This document shows positions 23,474 through 35,700 of a stretch of 64,000 nucleotides of DNA, piece by piece. Made by a program: the position numbers and the translations under genes. The stretch comes from Tubulanus polymorphus (lineage: Eukaryota; Animalia; Nemertea). The notes under the pieces were generated by a model. The model saw only the letters and a program-made list of their open reading frames with translations. It searched no databases and had not been told where the DNA came from. Numbering within the stretch: the first letter of the stretch is position 1; each line of letters opens with the position of its first letter. The stretch is from positions 21,846,210 through 21,910,209 of the forward strand of contig NC_134030.1 in assembly GCF_964204645.1 (NCBI RefSeq), read 5' to 3'.

Positions 23474-26400
23474 ATGAACAACTGGATCCGTTTGTTAATT
23501 CTACTGCTGGAAATCTCGTTCAATTCAGAAGCTGCATCGATACGAAATAAGAGAAATACTGGTGAGTTAAAATGATGAACTACTTTTAAACTGCAGCGTC
23601 CGTTTTTATAGACTGGTATTTCAGCACCTGATGGAGTTGTACTGGACAGTGTGAATGTATTACCGGGTACAAGAATATTACGTATATTGTGTATTTGATA
23701 TTTCAGCACCTGATGGAGTTGTACTGGACAGTGTGAATGTATTACCGGGTACAAGAATATTACGTATATTGTGTATTTGATATTTCAGCACCTGATGGAG
23801 TTGTACTGGACAGTGTGAATGTATTACCGGGTACAAGAATATTACGTATATTGTGTATTTGATATTTCAGCACCTGATGGAGTTGTACTGGACAGTGTGA
23901 ATGTATTACCGGGTACAAGAATATTACGTATATTGTGTATTCGATATTTCAGCACCTGATGGAGTTGTACTGAACAGTGTCAATGTATTACCGGGTACAA
24001 ATATATTACTGTCGCAGGAAGGTAAAACTGTTAGTATTACCTGTAAACAGAGCAGCTCTACAGCGACTGGTGTAGAATTCCAGCTACAAGTGTATCATGG
24101 AGGGACCTGGACTGCATTACCTACAGCATCAGCACCAGTTTGGGATATTGTACTTGACGCTGGAAACATCTATAAATGTGTGGCCACTAACTCGGCAGGA
24201 ATAAAGGGAAGTCACATCTATGAATCAGATGTGATCAGTGAGTATGGTGACAATTTGAACTCTAAGAATCGGCTTGTCACGTGATAATTTATTTCTCCTC
24301 TGCAACTGAACCTAATTTCAATATTGCTGGGATAGGCTGAAAATAAGCCATGATTATAATTTCCCACAATCAGTTCAGAAAATGGCGAATAGATCGTGAC
24401 GTAATCTAATTTATGTTTGATCTTCGTTTCGGCGTTAAATTCATTGTTATCTTCAGACAAATTCAAACGTTGACTCTACAAGAACTTATCGTCTTTTCTG
24501 AACTGATTGACAGATCTCTGGTACTGACTCGGATGACAATTACTAAACCAGTAGCCTTCATACATTTACTGTTCATTGTCGGTTATCTGACAATACATGT
24601 ATTTTTGTGCCAAATTTCAACGCTCTTATTCTCTGTGGAAACAAGTCAGCATATCCTTTCATTCAGCACTTATCAAATAATGCTGGGTAAATAGAATAAA
24701 AGTTTCCTGTGCACTTGGTATTTTTTGTATATATTTTGTATTGTAGGTATAAAAATAAATGAAAACCCGTGTAAGCTGCATGAATTCAAACCATCACTAG
24801 CTTGTACTTGTAAAGCCACTAGTAAGATCGGTAATTCAAACATAGCAGTAAAATGGTATGCTGATGGATTTACTGAAGGTTCAACGGATATTGATCAGAT
24901 CCCCGATCAAGGCGTAAATACTCCGATGAAAGATGGAGTTATCAACAGGAATCAGATGCGGTTTAATTTAATGCTGTACGCAATATTGATTCAATGTCGG
25001 TTATGGAAGTATAATGGGATCGAGTTACCGAAACTAACACTTCAAGAACAAATACTACATCAAACTCCAATGAACGTTACGTGTAAGTTGTATAATATTT
25101 TCATGAGAGATTTTTCATACGATATCAGAGTGACAATAATGCATGTTACATCGTTTATTCTATTGGTAACTGCCCATAGTTGGAGATTTAAGAGTTACTA
25201 TTTCATAACGACTGGTGATCATGCCGATGAAATTCTTTCGTTTTAATATTTGGTCCCAAGAAGGTATTTCGAATACTGAAGCGAATTGTTAATAATAACA
25301 TTAAAAGGACTAGAATATGATTGTGCATGAATTTGCTTTTGAAATCGAACCTACTAGAAAACGATTTCACCTTCTATGATTAGGCTTAAGATTTTGAGCC
25401 CACATGGAAAAATTGCAGCGAAATTGGTAAAAATGTTGACATAAAAAGTTTGTCGTCTTCGGGTATTCTTATGGCTATATCAGGGATTTTTAGTTTGTAA
25501 TATGGGACAAAGCTTCTTGAACCGGGACAATAGGATCACGCACAACTCACCAGAACAAAGGATTCTTTTCATGAGTGCGATAGATACGCCACCTATCGTT
25601 GATATGTATTGTTGCAAAAACAAATAAACTATATTACAATATAATTATGTCGGGAGTTACACCGTTATATTTCCGTCGATTCAAATTTCGACGCCCTTGA
25701 TAAACACACATTCCTCGGAGCGAAAGTAATATTTTACCATGTTTTATGGACGGACGTTTCCTCACGTAAATCAACGATTTTGCACCGATCAGTGAAATTG
25801 AAGTGGACAAACATGATATCATCCAAAAATGTATTTGCATCTTTATCTTTCAGATTTTCCCGATGAAATTCAAACACCAGATACTTTCACCGGAGAACCT
25901 GACATTAGAAATGAAGGAGATGTTGTAGAATATACTTGTCGAACAGTGATAGGAAGACCCGATCCTACAGTGATATACCAACAGAAAAGAAGAGGTTCTG
26001 AACAATGGGAGCCAATTCCTGATCCACAACCTCGTAAAGTACCTCTCAAAATGGTTTTAAAAGGTTTTGACACGACCTACAAGTTCAAAGCTGATTTCAA
26101 ACTGCACAATGGAACGTCATTTCGATGTGCTGTAAAGGAGAACCTTACGTTTCCAGAACCTCAGCAATTTAATCCAATCATTGTTTATTGTAAGTAACAG
26201 TTTCTTTTTCGAATTCGAGAAATAAATAATTTTCCCTGCAACAATACAGACCCCAGTGGTAGTACAGACCTATCCACACATATAGCATGTCACAATGTAA
26301 CCATGCTAAGCAGGAACATGGCAGAGTCTCGCGATGTCATCAGGTTCAAATCCCTGCCGAGGGAGGAACGTGGCAGAATCTCGCGATGTCATCAGGTTCG

Positions 26401-28736
26401 AATCCCTGCCGAGGGAGGAACGTGGCAGAGTCTCACGATGTCATCAGGTTCGAATCCCTGCCGAGGGAGGAACGTGGCAGAGTCTCACGATGTCATCAGG
26501 TTCGAATCCCTGCCGAGGGAGGAACGTGGCAGAGTCTCACGATGTCATCAGGTTCGAATCCCTGCCGAGGATGATGGGTCTACTATGACAGGGCTTAAGA
26601 ACTGTGCTAGGTCAGATATAACTTTTACTAATGTTTTGTTTGTTTTTCAATCAGATTTTGCTGCACCAGTTTACAAGAAATCCAGTGAAAATGAAACAAA
26701 TGCAGCGTATATTGTAACAGTTAATAGTAACCCATTGACTCAACAAGTTACATGTGACCCTCCAGCTGTCGTTCAAAAACTATCAACCTATCAGTGGAAT
26801 ATAACGATACCTATCGTAAATAGTACCACAACTGACTATAGAGGGCAGTGTTTGGCTGATGGTATTAATGAAAGGGTCATTAATGTCACTGGTTATCATC
26901 ACGCCCGTCCAACTGATGAACCAGGTAAGATTCCGGGTCACAACTGGGTGAATTCTATCTGATTTTGAACATTAAAATGATTTAATTCCATGAAACATGA
27001 TAAAACTCGAGGCCATCATCTCTTAACTCGAAATCATTTCTACACAATCAAACAATGTACTTACGAAAGTCGTTATTTTGATAAATTGTCACAAAATAAC
27101 CTATTAATATATTTCATAGTCTCAATTTACTAAGTCACATTACTGGAGTTGTCTCTATCATTGGGTCTCATTTTACTAGGTGTAAGTCGTCATTCATTTG
27201 AGTCGTCACAATTCGTATTCGAATCAGCCACCAGTATTTTACCTAACCTGTAACTCAATTAGATTAGTCAGTACAGCGGATGAGTCTTATGGGAAATCCG
27301 TGCGCGATGACGTAATTCTCTGTGTCGTCCGAACTGAATGTATTTTTTGTGAATATATCACATTCAAATATTTCGCAATGATTTAGCATCTTTAACTTTC
27401 TATCTTGAGGCTGCTTGACCCAATCAAGGAACAATTAATTTTCTCCCATTTCAAAAACAACTTATATACTTCATTTAGAGAAAATTTGAGCTTTGAAAGT
27501 TAAGAAGCAGTTACTTTTTGCTTGACCTATTTAATAATTCAATTCAATTGCTGTTGTTTTTATCAATAGTTACAATGGAACTATTTCTAGCTTTATATAA
27601 TTCTATTCAATCGCATCACTGATTTGTTTAAATTTCAGTTCCAGAAGAAGGGACTGGGGGAATAGTGTTTGCTGTAATCAGTATACTGATATTACTGATT
27701 CTGATAATACTGTTTATACTGTGTCTTTTTGGTTGCTGTAAGTTTTACATAAAACCATCATTTAATCTGAAAAACAATGATAAACAAACTGCAGAATCAG
27801 AATACTGTGTTATTTCTAATTGACAGTGCGGTGCAGAAAACCTGATGATGAACTGTGTAGATGTGGAAATTGTAAGTTATGTAATAATTCAAATAAAGAA
27901 AGCTAGAAATTGAAAATAGTGCATAAGGCCGAATGTATTCTAGAGCCCTAAGATAACCAGATACAGTTGATACTCAATTATCTGTCCACATTTTTAATCT
28001 CGGGACCCTAGTTGCGCAGTATCATTCAAAAAGTGTTCGTAAACTATTAATCTGGTCTTAAGTTGTTAGTTCGGCTACAAAACTAAAACTGTCTTTAACT
28101 GGCCTTGAATGTTAGCCATCACTGTGCACATTACAAAACATTTAGTTGAAACACACAATAAAATGATGTTATCTGCAATCGTAGATTTTCCCCTGACAAA
28201 ACCGGTCTCGATAACTGAGAGTTCATGAGGTCTGAAATCAGTCACACTTCTAGATTATGCTTAAAATTGCATACATGGGCTTAAAGAAACAACACAATTT
28301 TGTGTGCTTGCGTTTGACAAAAGATGACGATTCAAAAAATGATTGTATTGTTTTTGTTTTTGTTTTCAGCACTGAATTTCAATAGTATAAGCCGTGAACT
28401 AATGATTTGTAATTGTCGCACCGAGGACTCGTCGGACGATGAACTATGTGTTTGTTGTTGCTGTAAGTGTCATAGAAAAATACCATCGTAGAATCGTAGA
28501 AAGGATTATCGCAAATTAGAATAATTTGTTTGTTTGTTTTTAGTGACTTGCAAATTACCTGCTGCCGATGAACCTGATAATGAGGATGATTCCTCAGATG
28601 AACTGTGTCATTGTTGCTGCTGTGAGTTCTATATATAAACTGATAAAGATTAATAGTCAGTAACTGTAGAATAAACGGTTGTATTATTTTCTATTTGCAG
28701 TGGTGTTGAGAAGGGAGCCGTGTACATGTAATTACT
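23474..28736 (+). CDS. Receptor C1, 5' part: signal peptide + furin site, four Ig-like exons, TM, Cys-rich juxtamembrane exons (no stop reached)
   Basis: Exons 23474-23561 (MNNWIRLLILLLEISFNSEAASIRNKRNT), 23953-24237 (ITC...W...YKC), 24747-25082 (CTC...VKWY...IQC), 25854-26189 (YTC...QWE...FRC), 26655-26924, 27639-27737 (TM GIVFAVISILILLILIILFILCLFGC), 27827-27871, 28370-28462, 28544-28621, 28701-28736. All phase 1, one domain per exon as in IgSF genes. Confidence 0.88.
23622..24000 (+). repeat. 82-bp tandem repeat containing the Ig1 splice acceptor (5 acceptors; 3 in the paralog 63067-63280)
   Basis: ttcag|cacctgatggagttg starts at 23625, 23707, 23789, 23871, 23953; in C2 at 63070, 63152, 63234. 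Confidence 0.95.
26318..26569 (+). repeat. 52-bp tandem repeat (~5 copies) containing a Pol III B box GGTTCGAATCC
   Basis: Unit gtggcagagtctcacgatgtcatcaggttcgaatccctgccgagggaggaac; related sequence at 22843-22890. Confidence 0.9.
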
Positions 28737-29761
28737 GTAAGTTGTATTAACATTGAAAACATTGATGATTAATCCTGCAAAATTAACTGTTATCGTCATT
28801 GGATATTCACGAATTCAAGAATGTTTGGAACTTAGAAGAACAGAATGTTATCATTTCTGGGATTCAGCGCGGGTTGGGTCGTAGTTTCAGATGGCTGCAA
28901 ACGTGAAATGTTGCTACGACCAAACATTCACCGGTTCCGTAAAAATCATTTTGATATAAACCGCCGCCTAGTACCCATAGGAATTAACGCGGAGAAGCTA
29001 CTATGTAACATCTTTCTCTTCACAAATAACGGTGTTTGAAAAAGTATCCATTTTATAATGTTTAGCATCATTCAACTTTCAATCAATTTTCTAGACACAA
29101 TACGCGCATTATTCAGACCAGAATTTAGATGCACGAGACGCATTAAAAATCTAAAGCCAGAATATGCGTAATGTTTATTTATTTTCGTCCGACATCGATC
29201 ACTTTCAGATCTGAATCAGTGCGGTCTAAATAAACCGTCATTTTTATATCTATTACACAGGCAGCATTAATTAGATTATCTAATGGCTAATCAGTAGCGA
29301 ATGAATTACTCGTAGATGCAGTGTCTTGGGTACAGGCTCGATACAAGTCACTGCGGGGTCATCAATCAACGTTGATAGGTTAAGATTACTTGCCTACGTT
29401 AGGTTCTGCATTTTCTCGTTGGGAAGTATCGTTACGTTGTTGGGTGACGATAGTTATACATTATCACATATGCCCGCCGGGTATCGGTAATGAAAACTTG
29501 CGTCCGGTTCCTTGTCCCAGTTACCATTTATTGCGAACTAGAAGAAATTCCGTAAATCCGTGATTCCGAAATAGTACCGGTTTAAACTCAAGAAAGTTAC
29601 GCAGTATCATTGGTTCAATTATCTCATAGCATTAGTATCCATGACTATCTTTAGTGGGTGGCTCCATGAATATCCAAATCACACTGTTTCTTTATTGGGT
29701 TGATTTGTCAGGTGAATGTGCATCATGTAAACAAACAGTATTTCTGTTTTCTAATTCACAG

Positions 29762-32700
29762 TACCGTGTTTGGGTCCGAAATCTAAAGATGTGATTGAAT
29801 TGTTGCGTTGGACAAGTGAAACCTGGTATGAAAAAGGTAAGATTCTCTCACATGATTTACTGCACATATTCTCAGATATCGGTTTGATGATTTTAGGTGT
29901 TGTTTTCTCTTTGTAGATTATGAGAATTGGGTGAAAACACGTGACCACCTGCAGCCAGGTATTTACAGAATTATTAACCCTTTATTTCTATAACATGTAG
30001 AATATCTTGCATGAATACAGTTCATAGTTTTAGAGATCATCCACTAATCATCTGAAAGATACACAACTGATTTGCTTCATTATCAAAACCGTAATTATCA
30101 ATTTAAGTTTATGGTTTGTTAACAACGTAATTTTTGACTATTTTATTGTATGTTTTTGGTAGATGTTTAATACAATTAACTGACAATTATTTCTATCTGT
30201 GAAGCACATTTGTAATAATGGCCTCCTAGATTAACTCACTGGATACAATGGAAACTCGTTTACGCAATGAAATAAACCAAATAATTTGGACCAAGAAACT
30301 TTTAGATTTTTCAGAAACTATTCCATATTCACGTACTAAATCCTGGACTTCACTTGTAGCAAGTGAGGATCCATCAGGTGCAAGGAGGCAATTCCTTGCT
30401 ATTTTTAGGGACTGACCTTTTCGTGAGAAAGAAGAAAAAGCATGTGAAAATCCCTGATAATGTGTTTGCCTAAGCGTTGTTGTCGTCGTTAACCGGCGCT
30501 TTTTTTCGGCAGTCCTCCAGTTCATGGTGTTTCATCGATCGTCCATTGATGTGTTTGGTTGAATGACTGGACTGGTTCCGGGTCAGGCGTATAGTCTGAT
30601 CGTGCCTAGAACGCGTCACCACGCATCTAATTTCAAAACGTTTCCCGCGGGAGGACACCCACTAATTTAACCCTCCCTCAAATCCTGGATCCGCCACGTA
30701 AGATGCGGCAATTGAGGATTCCCATTGAAAATCAACTATACACGAGAAACGTTTTTGGATGTCGTTTTTTCATGTATATTTGTAGCTAATATTTGTGTTG
30801 TTTTGTTTAACAGTTAAAACTGGAGACTTTGAGGTCATTGAAACATTCAGTCCAGGTATATTTGATATTTATTGTAATTTCATTTCAATAAAACAATATA
30901 AACTCAGATAATTCAGTTATAAATCAACTACTTGTTCGTAACGTCGATGAATTCATTTAAACAATTAATTCATTGTCAATTTTTCTTTCTAGAAATTGTT
31001 AGAATAATTGTCGATGTTTACGGAACTGAGAATGATTGGATGATAATGAGAGATAAGGATAAACAAGGTAAGAGGAGTGATGACTCAGTTGCCAGGGTAA
31101 GAGCCAAACCGGCTGATTGGTTTATTGCAACCCGGGGCCGGGTTAATAGACTGGTATTAACTTTAAACCCGGGGTTAGTTTAATTAATTTTCAATTGAGT
31201 TAGCCCCCGGGTTAAAGATAATACCAGTCTATAAAACCGGGTCCTGCATACAATACTGTACCGGAATATAACACTTCCCCGGGCCTCCTATCTTCACCCA
31301 ACAGTAATTCAAACTGTTTGATGCACAGGTTTTTTTTATTATTGAAAAAAATGCTTTCTATATTTCATTTCAGCAATAGCTATCAGAGAATTCATGTTCC
31401 AACAGTTATCACATGATGAAAGTAAGTAATTGTTACCTATAGTTAAAGCTATGAACATCACATGTGCTTTATGTGAATATGCACATATGAATTCAGTTGA
31501 CATGCACTTGTGAGTTATATGCACATGTTCATGTTATTATTTGTTTTACATTCATGAGTAATGCATGCATGTACATGTGAATGATACTTACATGTGAACA
31601 TGTGCATGTGAGTTTTAACTGCGCATATGGTTTGTTAACACGCACATGTGTTTAAGTTTAAGTAGAGTTTGATCAATGTCTATGTATTTTCAGGTGTGTT
31701 AGATTTGGTGAAAGAAATCCTAAGTAAGTTTACGAAACGACTCAGTATTTCCTCTTCAACTCGAATCATCGATTCAAATGTGTTTGTTATTATTTATTGA
31801 CAGGAAAATACGCGAGAATAAACAATTTAAAAACGAAACTATCAAATGAGATCGGTAAGATTTGATTGAATACAGTTATTGATGTATGAGTTTATTGATT
31901 ATTATTCTACTGTCAACTCATTTTGTAAATGTATTACAGATACATTACTGAACAAGAACAGGTCAATAGATGGCGCTGATGCAGTTTACAATAGAGATGA
32001 AGGTACTTTATTATTCACTGTTCAAATGAAATATTCAACTTTGCTGATAGAAATGTAACGAATTCTATTCAACATGGCCGCATGGCAGCCTTTTGGCAAT
32101 AATGAATAAACCTGATAAAAGCGACCAGTTTAAAATTTCATCTTAAACATATCAGACTAGAGCTTCAGAAATACTCAAGTTACAACAAAATTATCAAATT
32201 TACAATTGTTATTTAAGAAATAAGATGTGATACAAAGGGTAATGATACAATATGATACAGAATTTCAATTAAACTAATTTCAAATCTATTTTTTCCGTGT
32301 TTCAGATGTAATTCATGTTAGTTTTATTACGCAATCTAATGAAGAGAAAAGACCCCTGACAGACAAAGAGAAAGAGTTCATCAGAGATGGTCAGTAAAAC
32401 TATGAATTCTATCTCTGAGTTCAATTTTCACATGTAGTTGACTACACGGGTTACCACGAGTCTTAAGAGTGTTTAAAGAACTTACTGGCGAAAATGGCTT
32501 ACTTTTTGGAAAAAAGTAGTGATTTACTGTGTCGCTAGTGTTTAGGATTTATCTGTATTTATCGATTTGCAAAATAAAACGAGCGCCAAAGGGAAACTGC
32601 TCTGCGTGAATCACACTGAGCGTAGGTTTTTTTCGTAGGTTTCAAATCCCCAGTAAACGGTTATTATGAATTTCATATTTTCAGTTGCTTCAGCAGTTGA

Positions 32701-35700
32701 ATCTATTGTTGATTTCTTTGCTAAAATGTCCGGTAGGTTCCATAAATCATTTCAGTAAAAATACTGTGGAGTTTGTTGTGGAATCATTGAATAATTGGTT
32801 TATTTTTACTGTAGATGCTGAATTATGTGAACGAGGAATAGCCAACATTAAACGTAGGTTTTAATTCTCATTTATCCTCAACAGAGTGTATAAAATACAT
32901 GTGCGCTATAATCTACTGTACATGTTGTACATGTCAGTTCTCTGTACATATTCATGTGAGTTCTCTATATACTTACGTTTGTGTTCGCGATCTGTACATG
33001 TACATGTCAGGTCTCTGAAGAATTTGTAAGTTCTGCGGTAAAAACTTTTACTTATATTTCAGCTACTGATGAAATTGCTGGTAAGTTATAATATTCACTA
33101 TGATGTTTAAACTGGTGCTGAGTCTGTTCAATCATAACTGAAATATCGCTGTATCTTTTTATAGAAATGTTTGTGAAAGAAACACTTGATAAAGAAATTA
33201 AACAACAGAATGGTGAGTGTTCAGTTAATCTAGAAATCTATCAGGGGGGGGGGGGTTACAACTGTAAACTGATTACATATTAAACATATTTTGTCTAATT
33301 ACAGAAATACTCGTCACACAAATAGAAAACCAGAAAGTAACTGATAAAACAAAGATAGGTTTGTTATACAATAAACTAATTATCATAATCTATGGTGATT
33401 TATTCAGATGTTGTCAGTAAATCCTGTTAATCAAACTTCTGACATATATGTAAATACAATTACAGATATAGGACTGGCCGACCGGAACCGTTTTGTGTAC
33501 AAAGATGATTGCGGTAAGACTTAAAATATCAAATATCCTTTTATTATTTTTTGCACTTCATGACAAATCGTTTTAGATTTCTGAGGTATGAATAAAACCA
33601 GACATTAGACATGAATTCATCCGCTTTATGGGAAATTCCAGCTTTTATGAAATCCAGATGTATTTGGATAAAATTCTAGTTTGAACTGATCTGGTCAATA
33701 TTCATGTTATTCTATTCATGTATTCATTTGTAGAATCAGTTTTATTGGCGTCAAGTTTGCAGAAATTAGAAGAGAACAAACATTCTACTGAACTAGATAG
33801 AAGTAAGTGTAAACTTTCTTTGTTTGTATGTATGAACCTGTTTTTTGTGCTCTGTGCAAATGGAAATTTTGTGGAGCAATAAATTGTTATTGTAATTGTA
33901 TGAAACTATTCGGTCACATTTTGTATTGATATCAATATTCTTCATGATTAAAATCAGTTGCGTAGTTACTCGGTTAAATTGTCGGTTCAAAATGAATCAT
34001 AGCATCATAGTGAAGGATGTCCTAGTTGGCTCTGACAATATCTATGTAACTTCTTCCCTAAAGAATGGCTTCGGGTGGACTTCTGCCAAATGTTCCATTA
34101 CAGGAAATTAGTTTTTGATCTGATAATTTAGTTGTTTATTTCAAACAAGAATGTTATGCAGGAACAAACTTAATCGTTAGCTTTTTGGTTGTCACGCTAT
34201 CCAAGAAAGGGTGGCTCTCACAATATTCAGACCATTTCATCAGCAGGATAACTGAGGGTGGATTTTTGTAAAAATGTTGCATTTTTGGAAATTGTTTTGT
34301 TATTTTGTTTAATTTCATTGTTCAACTATATTTTCAGGTATCTATCTAATAAGCCGAGATGTTTTAGGTAAGAACTGCTAGTAACAAACTATGATCATTG
34401 ACGTCTAGGGTCGAAAGCAGACCCTTTAAAAACAAATATCAGCATAAAAACTTAAAAGAGAATTTTTAGTCATTTTTCGTTTATATTTCTCTTGATTTTC
34501 TGATATGTCAGAAACTTGTTGGATCGAATTTTTATCAGATATTTAAAAGAGGTTTAGAATAGAAGTGTTATGCTGTGTTTGATCTAACCTCATTGTGAAT
34601 TATGTTCTTTTTTTAGAAATGAAATTGAAAATCGCAGTTTTTGAATCTATCAAAGGTAAGACTTCATATAGATTGCATCAGAATCAGCCGGGTTTATTCC
34701 ATCATTTGCCAAGATTCAACCTGAGCTCAATTTGTTTTCTGAGAACTCAATTTCTGTTCTGATGTCATTTTCCTGGTAATTTATCTTGACGAATCACTTT
34801 TAGAATTGTACGCTGAACGAGCTGAAAGATTTCAGAATGAACTCAAAGAGAAACTGAAACAAGAGGAAAATGAAGAGAGAAAAAATGAGGAGGAATTGAA
34901 CAGAATAATTCACAGTTCAGTTTGTCAGGCGTTTAAATCTATCACTGATATGAATGAAAGTAAATATCGATTTTATATCTCAAATTATACATGGACTTAA
35001 CATGTCACATATTATGTGTTAATGAATGCACATGTAACATGTTCATGTGAATGAATACACATATAACATGCTACATGTTACATGTGAATGAATGCGCATG
35101 TAACATGTTCATGTAAATTAATGCACATGTTGCATGTTTAGTTCTCTGATATATTTCAGAAACTCTGATGGATAATAAAGTTGTAGGATATGGAGGTTTG
35201 TATATAATTCACATGTTTCAATCACAAACCAGTTTTTATCGTTAATAATCTGTTTGATTTTCTCTATTTATATTTCAGTGAGTCCAGAAGAGATAAGTGA
35301 GTTCTGATTGATATTTATAAATATTCCCAGTACAGTAGACTGCGCGCTTGCCTCTGATTTCATGTTGTAATTCGTCATATTTACCTGTTTATAAGTTGCA
35401 GTGATTTTCTATATTGATAGATTCTAAACTACGTGAATTAGCCGATAAAGAGTTTGAAGACAGAACAGGTACTGTACACATTACAAAGTGTGAAGACGCT
35501 TCAATGGATTGATTTGATATCGGTTACCCTAGATCCCGAGTGTCGTACATAGAAAGCAAGCTAACCAGTAGACCATAGACGTATAAACTAGTCTAGTTTA
35601 TACGCTCATGAGTAGACCAATAGAACTGTTTAGTGTTTATACAGCTTGTCCTATATGGGTAACGCTGTGACCTTTTTGTGCCCAAAAAAAGTTCATTTTC

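Larger units (their letters stand above)
1..24730 (+). repeat. Segmental tandem duplication, copy 1 (matches ~40140-64000)
   Basis: Colinear near-identical blocks: 56/40193, 1098/41234, 11169/48867, 14429/51939, 17284/54780, 20133/57584, 23953/63234. The offset shifts between ~37.4 and ~40.1 kb because of copy-private insertions. Confidence 0.95.

Noticed and set aside
24413-24694. Conserved duplicated ORFs (24413/63683, 18769/56223, 19557/57007)
   Set aside because: Similarity reflects recent DNA duplication. They are intronic or antisense, apart from the 40-nt real exon inside 18769/56223.
26287-26588. Three overlapping ORFs upstream of the fourth Ig exon
   Set aside because: Generated by the 52-bp repeat; the real exon starts at the acceptor at 26655.
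17284-28736. Assigning gene symbols (Alr, Dscam, nephrin, nectin, FREP)
   Set aside because: Only architectural analogy; no recognisable sequence orthology, and the organism is not identified.
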